In this document: positions 26,128 through 35,191 of the stretch, piece by piece
Layout: every line of letters starts with the position of its first letter
Numbering within the stretch: position 1 is the first letter of the stretch
DNA from: a virus
Lineage: Duplodnaviria > Caudoviricetes
DNA length: 59,441 nucleotides
IMG/VR virus record: IMGVR_UViG_3300030104_000577
Span: 1-59,441 of that record
Strand: one strand, 5' to 3'
Notes under the pieces: generated by a model
Told to the model about the DNA's origin: nothing
Databases searched by the model: none
Seen by the model: the letters and a program-made list of their open reading frames with translations, nothing else
Translations under genes and position numbers: made by a program

Positions 26128-26348
26128 AATCTTAATAAAGTTCTATCATCTTCTGATACTTTTCTGCTAGTAAACTTTTTACTGTTTCTTGTGCCATAAT
26201 TAGAAGCTGCAACTCTTAACCTTTGTGCTTCTTCAAAATCATACAACATGTCGATACTGTCGCCTATTCCCATTTTATGGAAATTATACTTATTGTTTCT
26301 AGGAGTATTCCTCTCAGGCATAGGAATATCTTTATTTATTTCAAACAT
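26112..26348 (-). CDS. Small putative DNA-binding protein
   Basis: I.KDIPMP...KYNF..MGIGDS...LRLWRIA pattern. Confidence 0.6.
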   Translation of the reverse strand: MFEINKDIPMPERNTPRNNKYNFHKMGIGDSIDMLYDFEEAQRLRVAASNYGTRNSKKFTSRKVSEDDRTLLRLWRIA

Positions 26349-26366
26349 TTACATCACCTATCTAGT

Positions 26367-26783
26367 TTAATTGAAGTCTTTTCGACTAATTCCTGGAAAA
26401 TGTTTTTCTAATTGTTTATCGTCACTTTTTACTTTTCTATATTTTTTAGGAAAATATACATTTAATTCATAAATAGCTTCATTTATATCCATCCAATCGT
26501 CCACAGGTTTATGTCCTAAGAAATGAGTGTAACCACCTGAGTAACTATCTGTATACACTTTTGCTTGTTCTAGTATCTCATAAGGAACATGTGCTGTTTC
26601 TACTGTGCCTATGTATTGTCTTTGTTCAGGAGAAACAGGGTCATTGTGTTTCTTCCCCTGTCCATAATCCATTTTATACTGCTCTCCTTGCCACGCACTA
26701 TTACACTTCCTACTACAAAATTTTCTCCTTTGACCATACAAGTCTTTACCGCAGTATTTACATTTGTAATAAGTTTTATCCAT
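26367..26783 (-). CDS. Hypothetical protein with N-terminal Zn ribbon
   Basis: CKYCG...KFCSRKC. Confidence 0.6.
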   Translation of the reverse strand: MDKTYYKCKYCGKDLYGQRRKFCSRKCNSAWQGEQYKMDYGQGKKHNDPVSPEQRQYIGTVETAHVPYEILEQAKVYTDSYSGGYTHFLGHKPVDDWMDINEAIYELNVYFPKKYRKVKSDDKQLEKHFPGISRKDFN

Positions 26784-26895
26784 AGTATATAAAAGTATAA
26801 CCTACAACATACTCTTATAAAAGGATAATGCCCAGCCTGCACATTTTAATCCTATCCTATCCCGACTGAGCAAAAGACAGGTGTGGGATGCGGTA

Positions 26896-27924
26896 CTATG
26901 CTGCCTCAGCGTACTCTATGGCTTTATTCATAGCTTTCTGCTTTAGCGAAGCACGGTTCCCGAACCATGCGTTATGTAACGACGCATCTCTGTCGTGTCC
27001 CCACTTATGGTCAACTACGAAAGTTACAGCATTCATAGCTCCCCACCAAGTACCGTTAGACGACTTGAGTTTAGCTCCTGGCTGTTCATCAATAGCTTGA
27101 TGCACTAACGAGGGGATACGCTTGAAATCGTCAACCATTGACTGACGAGTAGCTATCGCTCTCACCTCAGTCATGTTTTCTATCTCCTCCTGCGCTTTCA
27201 ACAGCTCTGGTTGAAACACGTCGGCGATATAGGTAACGACCGTATCTTTGTTAAACTTCTTACGACTAAGAAACTCCGCACTCTCTTGAAACTCTTTCAT
27301 ACGGTTGCCAGCTAATCCTAATGCTTCTTCGGCAGCGACGAAAAGCTCAGAGTCTAGAGCCTTGACGTGAGGTACTCTAAACGAGTTCTGCCTATCACTA
27401 GACAGTGCCATAGTTAGAGTGTTGTTACAGACTACACGAATCGGTGTAAACTTAATCTCGTTAGACTTACCCCATTTATGAGATACGCTTACTAATAAAT
27501 AACCTAGCACACGGTCATCTCCTGGTAGTGTAAAGTCTTTACTGACATTAGCTAAACCCCAGACCTGTTCCCCACCTTTTAGCGAACCTGCAGTTTCCAT
27601 AGTCATATGCCCAGCATCTGTAAACTTTTTGAAAAACTCAAAAGCCTCAGCATTTTGCGTAGGAATAAACCGCTTACCACATGGTCCAAAGGTTTTATTA
27701 TCGCTATCACGAGTGATAACATAATAATCAGGGACAGCAATTACGTCGCTAGACGAATCAAGATCTGGCTGTTCGTGCGTAAATAGATGGCGTTTGCTAA
27801 CTGTCCAATCAAGTTCAGCAGCAACGAGCATCTCTTGCGGTGATAGGTTAGGATCAACCTGTACACCTAGACCGTGCCAAGGAACTTCCCCAGCGTAAGC
27901 CATTGTTTCTACTGCATGAGCCAT
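26896..27924 (-). CDS. DUF932 family phage/plasmid protein
   Basis: MAHAVETM, PWHGLG, ETAGSL.GG..VW, TPIRVVCNNTL, GTWWGAMNAVT motifs. Confidence 0.85.
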   Translation of the reverse strand: MAHAVETMAYAGEVPWHGLGVQVDPNLSPQEMLVAAELDWTVSKRHLFTHEQPDLDSSSDVIAVPDYYVITRDSDNKTFGPCGKRFIPTQNAEAFEFFKKFTDAGHMTMETAGSLKGGEQVWGLANVSKDFTLPGDDRVLGYLLVSVSHKWGKSNEIKFTPIRVVCNNTLTMALSSDRQNSFRVPHVKALDSELFVAAEEALGLAGNRMKEFQESAEFLSRKKFNKDTVVTYIADVFQPELLKAQEEIENMTEVRAIATRQSMVDDFKRIPSLVHQAIDEQPGAKLKSSNGTWWGAMNAVTFVVDHKWGHDRDASLHNAWFGNRASLKQKAMNKAIEYAEAA

Positions 27925-28009
27925 ATTGCTCTCCTTTAGTTACCGTTCGGCTTAATTACCAAACTTACATATATATTATATATAAGGTAGCTACGATAAA
28001 AGCATGTTC

Positions 28010-28438
28010 TTAAAGATTATAACAAAGAGTCCACAACCAAGTCTCAAACTCTATAACAGCGGTGACGTCTGTTTTCTGTCTGTTGGGATATCGCCAGTTT
28101 TTACTGAGTACACTCAAAGGTAAACAAACTCGTATAGGTTGGTGATTGTATTTCCATATCAGTACAGGTATGTTGCCTGCTCGTGACGTTACTGTCTGTT
28201 CCCACCAATCTTGTTTGTACCAGTTACCAGAGGCATATCGTTTACATTCAATGATGTGGTTTGGCAACTCTAAATCACCTAAACCTTTCTCCTGATACTG
28301 ATCTAGATTTCTTTTAACTTTAGGAATGTCTTTGAATTTAGGAAACCTATCACAGTTTTGTTCTAAAAAGTCATTGATCTTATTAGCGATATCTCTCTCA
28401 AATGATGCGCCTTTATTTCTTGAATTTATTTTACCCAT
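28010..28438 (-). CDS. Holliday junction resolvase-like PD-(D/E)XK nuclease
   Basis: SRNKGASFER, GD, IECKR, WWEQ motifs. Confidence 0.7.
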   Translation of the reverse strand: MGKINSRNKGASFERDIANKINDFLEQNCDRFPKFKDIPKVKRNLDQYQEKGLGDLELPNHIIECKRYASGNWYKQDWWEQTVTSRAGNIPVLIWKYNHQPIRVCLPLSVLSKNWRYPNRQKTDVTAVIEFETWLWTLCYNL

Positions 28439-28724
28439 TCTTTATTAACCGTATGTTGTTTATCCTTAACCACTGTCTCATTAATTGATTTATTTCTTTT
28501 GAAGACGCGGTCGGGTAGTAGTGTCTTATCTTTTTGATTCTTTCGTTATAATCTTTCAATCCTGTGTAATAATCACCATTACCCAGTTTACAGAACCTGA
28601 TTATCTGCCATACTCTCTGTTTTGATATGTTGTAATTTATACCTATGTCTTCTAAACTGGTATCGTTGTTTGTATATTTCATGTATATGTCGAAATACAT
28701 CTTACGCAATTTAGCTTTTTTCAT
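28431..28724 (-). CDS. Sigma70 region 4-like HTH protein
   Basis: SLEDIGINYNISKQRVWQII. Confidence 0.65.
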   Translation of the reverse strand: MKKAKLRKMYFDIYMKYTNNDTSLEDIGINYNISKQRVWQIIRFCKLGNGDYYTGLKDYNERIKKIRHYYPTASSKEINQLMRQWLRINNIRLIKNG

Positions 28725-30594
28725 TATTGAAATATTCCCTGTAATCTGTTACATCTGCCCAGTTTTTACCTATCTCCCCATCAACCTTGTTAGGCACTTC
28801 TAGCTTAACACAATCTCTCATTATTTGCATTACTTTCTCACATTCTGCCTTGTCCTTTACAGATATATTCAACTCATCGTGTACTTGTGTATGTGCTAAA
28901 ATGCCTTCGTTGTGTAAATCAAGCATAGCTTTCTTTGTCATATCTGCTGCAGAACCCTGTATTAAACGATTCATAGCTTTATAAGTAAATGCGCGTCTGA
29001 GCTGTCCTCCATACTCCTCCACAGCCTTATCGTAAGAATATGGCATAGCTCTCCTATCCATTGGTTCGTAGAGGTTAAAACGACACTTACGACCGAGTAT
29101 AGTATTTACATATCCCCTATTTGAGCCCTGACGAGCTGCAGAGTCTCGTAATCCACGGACAAAAGGCACTCGCTTATGATACTGGTCAAATAATACTTCG
29201 GCTTCCTCTGCGCTTATACCTAGCTGATTAGTTAGCTTTTCTTTACCCATACCATAACTTAATCCTAAGTTAATAATCTTAGCTTCCTTACGACTTATAT
29301 TAGCCATGTCAGCCACTATCTGATGAAAGTCAGCATCACCTGAGTAGTCTGCTGCTGCTTCCTCTGCACCGTCTTGATGCGTTAATACTGAGTAATGAAC
29401 AGTTAGTCTAGGCTCTTGCTGAGAGTAGTCAAAACAGCCCCAGTGTGAATCTTCCTCTGGTATAAATAAACTACGAATCAATGGACCAACCTCTGGATCT
29501 CTAGCAGGCACTTGTTGAAGGTTAGGTTTAGAGCAACTAAATCTACCAGTAACAGTACCGCCATCATCAGACCTGAGAGGGTGCAGTTCTCCATGTATCC
29601 TACCGTCTACTAAATGTTCTAATATCATCTTGTCTATAAATGTAGTACGAGCTTTGTTTAGTTTCCTTGCTTTAGCTACCGCCAATGGTAACTTGTGTGT
29701 ATGTTCCTCTAACCACTTAGCTTGAAAACTAGGTGCGTTAGTCTTAGGTGTTTTAGGATAGTCAAGTCCTGCTCTATCAAACACCTGTGATAATGACTGT
29801 GCTGCCCAGAGATCTGGCTTGATTCCATACCACCTATGTATCTCTGAAGTTATTTGATTCTCTTTTTTGCGTAACTCTTTTTTAACTTTTTCAGTTCTAT
29901 CTAAATCAATGCGAACACCTCTGTTGCGCATGTCTATGAGCACAGGTATTAATGAACTTTCTAATTCATATATTTTACCAACATTCTCTGAGTCTATATC
30001 TTCTGATAATTTTTGCCATAACCTATATGTTAGATCTGCATCCTGCTCTGCGTAGTTACCTACATACTCAGGCGGTAAACGATACATCTCTGCTTTAGGG
30101 TTTATACCGTACACTTGTGCAGCTTCTATTAACATGGACTCATCTTTTTCTTCACCTAAATACTCTCTACCTACCTTGTTTAAAGAGTAGCCATACTGAT
30201 TCTCATTGAGTAGTGGTGCTGCCATCATAGTATCGTGTATCTTACCGTTGATAGTAAATCCTTCTCTCATTAACCAACCTACGTCATACTGAGCATTATG
30301 AAACACCTTCTCATTGGGTGCTTCTAATTGTTTCTTTAACCATCTATAAACCACTGTTTTATCTAAGTTACCGCCCACCTCATGAGCGACAGGGAAGTAT
30401 GCTCTGTATCCTTCCGTAGCTATCGCAATACCTATAATAAAACCTCTGTCATTAAATGCCCAACCTGGACCATGGGACATGAGCCATGGATCTTTAGTTT
30501 CTAGATCAATCGCTATGGTTTTCTGACCAGTTAAGTCAGGGAAAGAGGTAGGCGGTGTCCAGTCTACCTGAGGTGGAAACAGTGGATTCTGCAT
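28711..30594 (-). CDS. polA: DNA polymerase family A with 3'-5' exonuclease
   Basis: DLET, FHNAQYD, YAEQD exo motifs; TGRFS..PNLQQ, DYSQQEPR, KIINLGLSYG, VHDEL. Confidence 0.95.
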   Translation of the reverse strand: MQNPLFPPQVDWTPPTSFPDLTGQKTIAIDLETKDPWLMSHGPGWAFNDRGFIIGIAIATEGYRAYFPVAHEVGGNLDKTVVYRWLKKQLEAPNEKVFHNAQYDVGWLMREGFTINGKIHDTMMAAPLLNENQYGYSLNKVGREYLGEEKDESMLIEAAQVYGINPKAEMYRLPPEYVGNYAEQDADLTYRLWQKLSEDIDSENVGKIYELESSLIPVLIDMRNRGVRIDLDRTEKVKKELRKKENQITSEIHRWYGIKPDLWAAQSLSQVFDRAGLDYPKTPKTNAPSFQAKWLEEHTHKLPLAVAKARKLNKARTTFIDKMILEHLVDGRIHGELHPLRSDDGGTVTGRFSCSKPNLQQVPARDPEVGPLIRSLFIPEEDSHWGCFDYSQQEPRLTVHYSVLTHQDGAEEAAADYSGDADFHQIVADMANISRKEAKIINLGLSYGMGKEKLTNQLGISAEEAEVLFDQYHKRVPFVRGLRDSAARQGSNRGYVNTILGRKCRFNLYEPMDRRAMPYSYDKAVEEYGGQLRRAFTYKAMNRLIQGSAADMTKKAMLDLHNEGILAHTQVHDELNISVKDKAECEKVMQIMRDCVKLEVPNKVDGEIGKNWADVTDYREYFNNEKS

Positions 30595-31274
30595 TAACTA
30601 ATTGCCTCTCTACACATATTCTCTTTACCGAAATGGCACCATTTACAACCAAACCTAGAAGGTTTAGCAGGAAACTCTGTTGCAGTAGTCATAGCCATGG
30701 CTCGGTTATGTATCCTTTCTTGTTTAAATTTTATACTCGCAGGTGTGTAGACATATCTATCTATTTTACCATGGTCAATATACCACATCTCTGTGATTAT
30801 ACTTTCTAGTTCAGGGTATCTGTTCAGAGCTACAGCACCGTAAAACTCACACTGTTCTCTATGTGCTTCTTGATTACCTTGATATCTACCAGTTTTAAAA
30901 TCTATCACTCTTGCCTCTTTACTCAATCCTTCCTCATATACAAACGCATCTACTTTAGCTCTACCCCAAGTATCTTCGTCAAACCAACCTGTCTTTTTCC
31001 ACTCAGTAGTTATCGCCCAGTCACTTTCACATATCACATGACCGTGTAAATATAAATCCTTGAGTAAATCAAATGCGTCTTCAAAATCGGCTAACTCTTT
31101 GGGAATCTTTTCTAGATTACCTCTTATATAATCTTCACACATCTGGTGAATATTTTTACCTCTTTCCATTGCAGGATGTTGAGGTTCCTTAAACTTCTTA
31201 ATAAATTTAAATTCTGCTTGCTTAGGGCATCTCTCATAACAGCCTAGTCTACTATACGACCATTGTGGTATCAT
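30594..31274 (-). CDS. PD-(D/E)XK exonuclease (RecB/Cas4-like)
   Basis: WSYSRL..Y..CP, KVD, IDFKTG, CKWC motifs; start at MIPQW after GAGG. Confidence 0.8.
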   Translation of the reverse strand: MIPQWSYSRLGCYERCPKQAEFKFIKKFKEPQHPAMERGKNIHQMCEDYIRGNLEKIPKELADFEDAFDLLKDLYLHGHVICESDWAITTEWKKTGWFDEDTWGRAKVDAFVYEEGLSKEARVIDFKTGRYQGNQEAHREQCEFYGAVALNRYPELESIITEMWYIDHGKIDRYVYTPASIKFKQERIHNRAMAMTTATEFPAKPSRFGCKWCHFGKENMCREAIS

Positions 31275-32311
31275 ACTTTCCTCTCTAGCCACTCCACACA
31301 CGCTTTTTTCCAGTCACTAGCTTTACAGGCTTCCAGTTTTTTCCTAGCAGACTTAATGTTACCGTCCTTCCAGTATGCCCACGAGTCTTGTATAGGTATC
31401 GCAACCTCTCTCCAGAACGGATCAGCATGTCTAAACTTTTTAGTTTGACCGAGACTGGATTTCTCTAATGGCTTTCTGTTGAAAAATAACTTTAACTCAA
31501 AATCCCAAGTGTCGACAGAATAACTCGACATCATAGGATAGGGCTTTACGTCTGAAGTCCTGTAAGGATTCATGTTTCGTACGCTTTGTGGTAATGATTG
31601 AACATAGTAATCTAGTATATCATCTTGAGCAAACTTCTGTAAAAGATCATCGAAAATATCTTCGTATGCGTGATAACTGTCGCTCACTTGATTATACACA
31701 CCTATCCCTACACCAATCTTACTTGCCATGTATTCTTGTAGCATTGACATGTGTACTGCGTTAGCACCATACGCACCCCAGATAACATCATTAGACCTAT
31801 TAGATACAGTCATGTTTAATAAACCGTCTCGTATTTTAAAATATATGCAAGTATTACAAGGCACATCTTTACCGTCTCTATTTAAGTCTTTTATGCTCCA
31901 CATCTGTAAAACAGCTCTTCTGTCGTCAGGGTTATCTTTCAATATACGCACTATAATATTTAACTGATCTCTATTGAAAAAACTACGCCATCGCCACCCA
32001 TACGCTCCCCATAACGAAACACCGTCATCACTGTAGTTTCTCATACTCTTAGCATACCGCTCTACAGTTTTTAAATCATTCTCACCGTTCAGCATCCACA
32101 GACCTTCCATAAAATGAAAGTAAGGGTTAGCGTTACGATGTGCCCAGAATAGTACTCGTTCATCAGGTCTTTTATAAACAGTGGTGACAGGACACGGTGC
32201 TTCATACATCATACCGTTCCTACTGTTTAACTTTACACCAAACTGGTCTAGATAGTCTAGACCTCTGGGCAGTGCTTCATGTACATTGTCAACTATTATT
32301 GTGTGCATCAA
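31271..32311 (-). CDS. Thymidylate synthase-family dUMP hydroxymethylase (putative)
   Basis: GAYGWRW, DRRAVLQMW, catalytic DVPCN, RSND..WG..GAN (Asn suggests dUMP specificity), SYHAY. Confidence 0.8.
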   Translation of the reverse strand: MMHTIIVDNVHEALPRGLDYLDQFGVKLNSRNGMMYEAPCPVTTVYKRPDERVLFWAHRNANPYFHFMEGLWMLNGENDLKTVERYAKSMRNYSDDGVSLWGAYGWRWRSFFNRDQLNIIVRILKDNPDDRRAVLQMWSIKDLNRDGKDVPCNTCIYFKIRDGLLNMTVSNRSNDVIWGAYGANAVHMSMLQEYMASKIGVGIGVYNQVSDSYHAYEDIFDDLLQKFAQDDILDYYVQSLPQSVRNMNPYRTSDVKPYPMMSSYSVDTWDFELKLFFNRKPLEKSSLGQTKKFRHADPFWREVAIPIQDSWAYWKDGNIKSARKKLEACKASDWKKACVEWLERKV

Positions 32312-33080
32312 TGCCTTCCTTATATGCTTTTTTCCATCCTACTATTACATCCCTACGAGGTAAACCATTCCACGCAGTCTTAGTTTGCTTTTCTACAACC
32401 TTTACACAACTGGGGTGAAGTTCATGTAGTCTATCAGCACCTGCGTTATGCACGTCGATAGTTCTCCACTCACTACAACCACCATCAGCATTAGAGGACT
32501 TTTGACCTTGAGCGTAATAAAAACTTACCTTGCATGCCTTACCTTTCCTGAGTAGTTGTAGAGCAATGTCAAAATCTTCCATCACCTGAGTTCTGCCCCA
32601 CTCAATATCGTCAGGGAATGCATCTAAATTATATCCCAACACTCTCATATACCTAGTGTTTTCTACACATAAATCTTCAACACGGTTGTTACCTTCTCTA
32701 GCACTTATGCCCACATGAGCGTAACCTTGATCCATCCACTCGTCAAGTAATCCAAACAGAGCAGGATACTCATCAGACTCTAAGTATCTTAAATGCCAGT
32801 CAGTTGGGCTTTTACGAATATAAAACCGTAAGTCATCATCTAACATAACCACACGTGGATCTGTACTTTGTTCTATTATATATTTTCTTTTATAGCTAAT
32901 ACCTTTAATAAACGAAGGAACTATCAGCTTCTGTACGTCTGGATATTTGTGATACTTATCCTGCTCGTCTTCGTCTATGGCTAGTATTACTGTGCCATCC
33001 TTAATCATGTTTTCTGGAAAAAACTCTAGGGTAACTTGACTCTCAGGTCTACCCCTCGTCGGTATGTATATCTTCATCAT
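32289..33080 (-). CDS. GT-A glycosyltransferase, TET/JBP-associated (TAGT/JGT-like)
   Basis: IYIPTRGR, MLDDDL, EDFDIALQLL..G, GGCS motifs. Confidence 0.75.
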   Translation of the reverse strand: MMKIYIPTRGRPESQVTLEFFPENMIKDGTVILAIDEDEQDKYHKYPDVQKLIVPSFIKGISYKRKYIIEQSTDPRVVMLDDDLRFYIRKSPTDWHLRYLESDEYPALFGLLDEWMDQGYAHVGISAREGNNRVEDLCVENTRYMRVLGYNLDAFPDDIEWGRTQVMEDFDIALQLLRKGKACKVSFYYAQGQKSSNADGGCSEWRTIDVHNAGADRLHELHPSCVKVVEKQTKTAWNGLPRRDVIVGWKKAYKEGIDAHNNS

Positions 33081-33369
33081 CGCTCCTAGTTGCGTATTGC
33101 TCTACTAATATTAAATATCTTCTTAAATCATGTATATCATCCATGATACCTTCTGGTCTTGTATCATTTCTTATCGCAGAGAATATATCAAAGTTAGTGC
33201 ATCTAACTTGATTCTCTATCCTATCCCATTTACGAGCCAGCATCATAAACGCACCGATACCGCCACGCTTACGCCAACTATTGCCATAACTTTTCTCTGC
33301 TTCTACAAGCTCTTCTACATCTTGTTCAACTATGTCTAGCATTTCTTGAAATTTTTTCTGCTTTTTCAT
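33049..33369 (-). CDS. Nucleotide-modification-associated all-alpha (MazG-like) protein
   Basis: KSYGNSW..RG, RKWDRIEN, DDIHDLRRY pattern. Confidence 0.6.
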   Translation of the reverse strand: MKKQKKFQEMLDIVEQDVEELVEAEKSYGNSWRKRGGIGAFMMLARKWDRIENQVRCTNFDIFSAIRNDTRPEGIMDDIHDLRRYLILVEQYATRSDDEDIHTDEG

Positions 33370-33872
33370 ATGCCTCCATACTCCTCTATAAGTTTACCGA
33401 GTAAATTTGAACCTCGTTTATTTAACTTTTGGTTTGCTAAGTATTCAACACCGTTGCTAAATACCATGTTCATATTAGTATTGCCCATTTTTCTCTGACG
33501 CATACAGAAAAATAACAGTTCAAACATATCGGCTTGTTTAAATAAAAGTGCTTCCTTTTTACCTAAGACACTGCTGTAGTCTATGTTTAATTTCTTTTCG
33601 TAAGCAAGTTCTATTGATTTTAATGATTTGATTAAATCAGGGTTATCCCATTTGACAGGTGCTGGAATATCCCCTGTGTATAATTCAGCTACGTCATGTG
33701 TAAGTGCCTTTAGTATAGCTATCTTGCTCACATTAGGCTCTAAATATTGTAGTATGATAGCCACACCCCATGAGTGCGCACCTACTGATTGTTCGCCGAT
33801 AGTCTCTAGCGTGTGATACCTTTTTATTGTACCGCCACGCACTACCTCAAATAAATTATCTAGACTGTTCAT
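33366..33872 (-). CDS. HD-domain nucleotidase (YfbR-like)
   Basis: IKRYH, SVGAHS, LTHDVAELYTGDIPAPVK, KQAD. Confidence 0.8.
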   Translation of the reverse strand: MNSLDNLFEVVRGGTIKRYHTLETIGEQSVGAHSWGVAIILQYLEPNVSKIAILKALTHDVAELYTGDIPAPVKWDNPDLIKSLKSIELAYEKKLNIDYSSVLGKKEALLFKQADMFELLFFCMRQRKMGNTNMNMVFSNGVEYLANQKLNKRGSNLLGKLIEEYGGI

Positions 33873-34689
33873 ATCTATACTTTGACCTTGGTCGACCTTG
33901 ACCTAGTCTTACTCTCTCATATTTATCAAACTCACACAAGCAATGCTCTATTTCTCTCATCTCTAGTGAGGGTAGTGCTGGATCTATATACTCGCTAGAG
34001 ACATCTAACAGTTCTTTCATCTCTGCAGTTAATTGCTCTTTCTTTATACTGTGCTGTAAATCTCTATTGTGTATTCTATTAAGTCCGCGTTTAGCTCCTG
34101 GACCAGCATTAGCCCATGTCATAATATCTTTAGCGTTTTCTAAATGCTTTGTAAACCTCAAATCAGTTACAACCTCATAAGCCATAAAACCACTAAATCC
34201 AGCATAAGGTAAATACTCTTTCCAAGTTTTTTCTAAACTGTCTTCGTAAAGTTTAGGAGGGTTATCGAACAAAGGAGTGAGTATTTTATCTATGGTTTGC
34301 TCTACCTTAGTTCCCCCTAATGTACCAGTAAGCATATACGCACCTGTGTATACTTTCTTTTTACGATTCATTCTATCTTGCATTATAGCTTTTACACGTG
34401 CAGGATTCCATGACTCTGGAAAACCTATCGCTTTTAAAGTTGGTGGGTGGTTTATTTGACGTGCTACAGACATCGCGAATGGTAAATGAGTGTGATCTTT
34501 ATACGGTTCTCTCCAGTTTTTCCTTATCCATATAGTAACTTTATCTAACTCTCTATAAACATTACAAAAACTATATGTCTGTAATATCTCATCTTGAGTC
34601 CAAGGGAATGTTCTCCCATCTTGACGTTTTAAATATATAAAATGTCTTTCGTCTATGTAGTCAAAGAACCTACGTGTATTTGATACCAT
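33856..34689 (-). CDS. 5-hmdU DNA kinase (aGPT-Pplase1 family)
   Basis: ERH.IY..R, PWTQDEILQTYSFCNVYRELDKVT, FMAYEVVTDL, GPGAKRGL, IEHCLCEFDKYER. Confidence 0.8.
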   Translation of the reverse strand: MVSNTRRFFDYIDERHFIYLKRQDGRTFPWTQDEILQTYSFCNVYRELDKVTIWIRKNWREPYKDHTHLPFAMSVARQINHPPTLKAIGFPESWNPARVKAIMQDRMNRKKKVYTGAYMLTGTLGGTKVEQTIDKILTPLFDNPPKLYEDSLEKTWKEYLPYAGFSGFMAYEVVTDLRFTKHLENAKDIMTWANAGPGAKRGLNRIHNRDLQHSIKKEQLTAEMKELLDVSSEYIDPALPSLEMREIEHCLCEFDKYERVRLGQGRPRSKYRYEQSR

Positions 34690-35138
34690 TCTGGTACTCC
34701 TCGTTTAGTCCACTTAGCGAAATGTTTTTCACCAATATAATATTTACGATACGCTGATATAGGATCGTCAACAACCTTATACTCGTCTGGCATACATTGA
34801 GGATGTTGTTGTAATCCTTTACTTTTTATGTTTGGGTTAGGCAACGAGAGCACGATGTCAGCAGACTTATGATTATTATCTCTTTCATATCGCCAGCAAA
34901 ACTCTTCGTTTAAGTATATAGTTAAGTCTTTTAACCACAGCCAGTTATCAAGACTAGCTCCAGCCCATAGAGTACAGGGGTGTTTAGCATGTACAGGTTT
35001 ATAAGGAGCCTCTTCACCGTTAGACCACATAGCTGTACACAGCATTTGAGCAGACTCGAGTATCATTTTAGATACATGTTTATCACAGTGCATTTGAGCA
35101 CAACCTTGTATTGTTTTATCTAATTTAAAAATATTCAT
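34653..35138 (-). CDS. Pyrimidine-dimer DNA glycosylase/endonuclease V-like protein
   Basis: MNIF.LD, HCDKHV.KMILESAQML.TA, H..HPCTLW, AYRKYY. Confidence 0.75.
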   Translation of the reverse strand: MNIFKLDKTIQGCAQMHCDKHVSKMILESAQMLCTAMWSNGEEAPYKPVHAKHPCTLWAGASLDNWLWLKDLTIYLNEEFCWRYERDNNHKSADIVLSLPNPNIKSKGLQQHPQCMPDEYKVVDDPISAYRKYYIGEKHFAKWTKRGVPEWYQIHVGSLTT

Positions 35139-35191
35139 GTCTGTATTTTACTTTACAAGTAAAGGGAAAGTATAGGATCGTGGTAATAATT

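Noticed and set aside
30594-31274. Cas4 as evidence of a CRISPR system
   Set aside because: Standalone PD-(D/E)XK exonucleases are routine in phage replication modules; no array or other cas genes.
33366-33872. DatZ / Z-genome (2-aminoadenine) system
   Set aside because: No PurZ homolog; neighbouring genes indicate pyrimidine modification.
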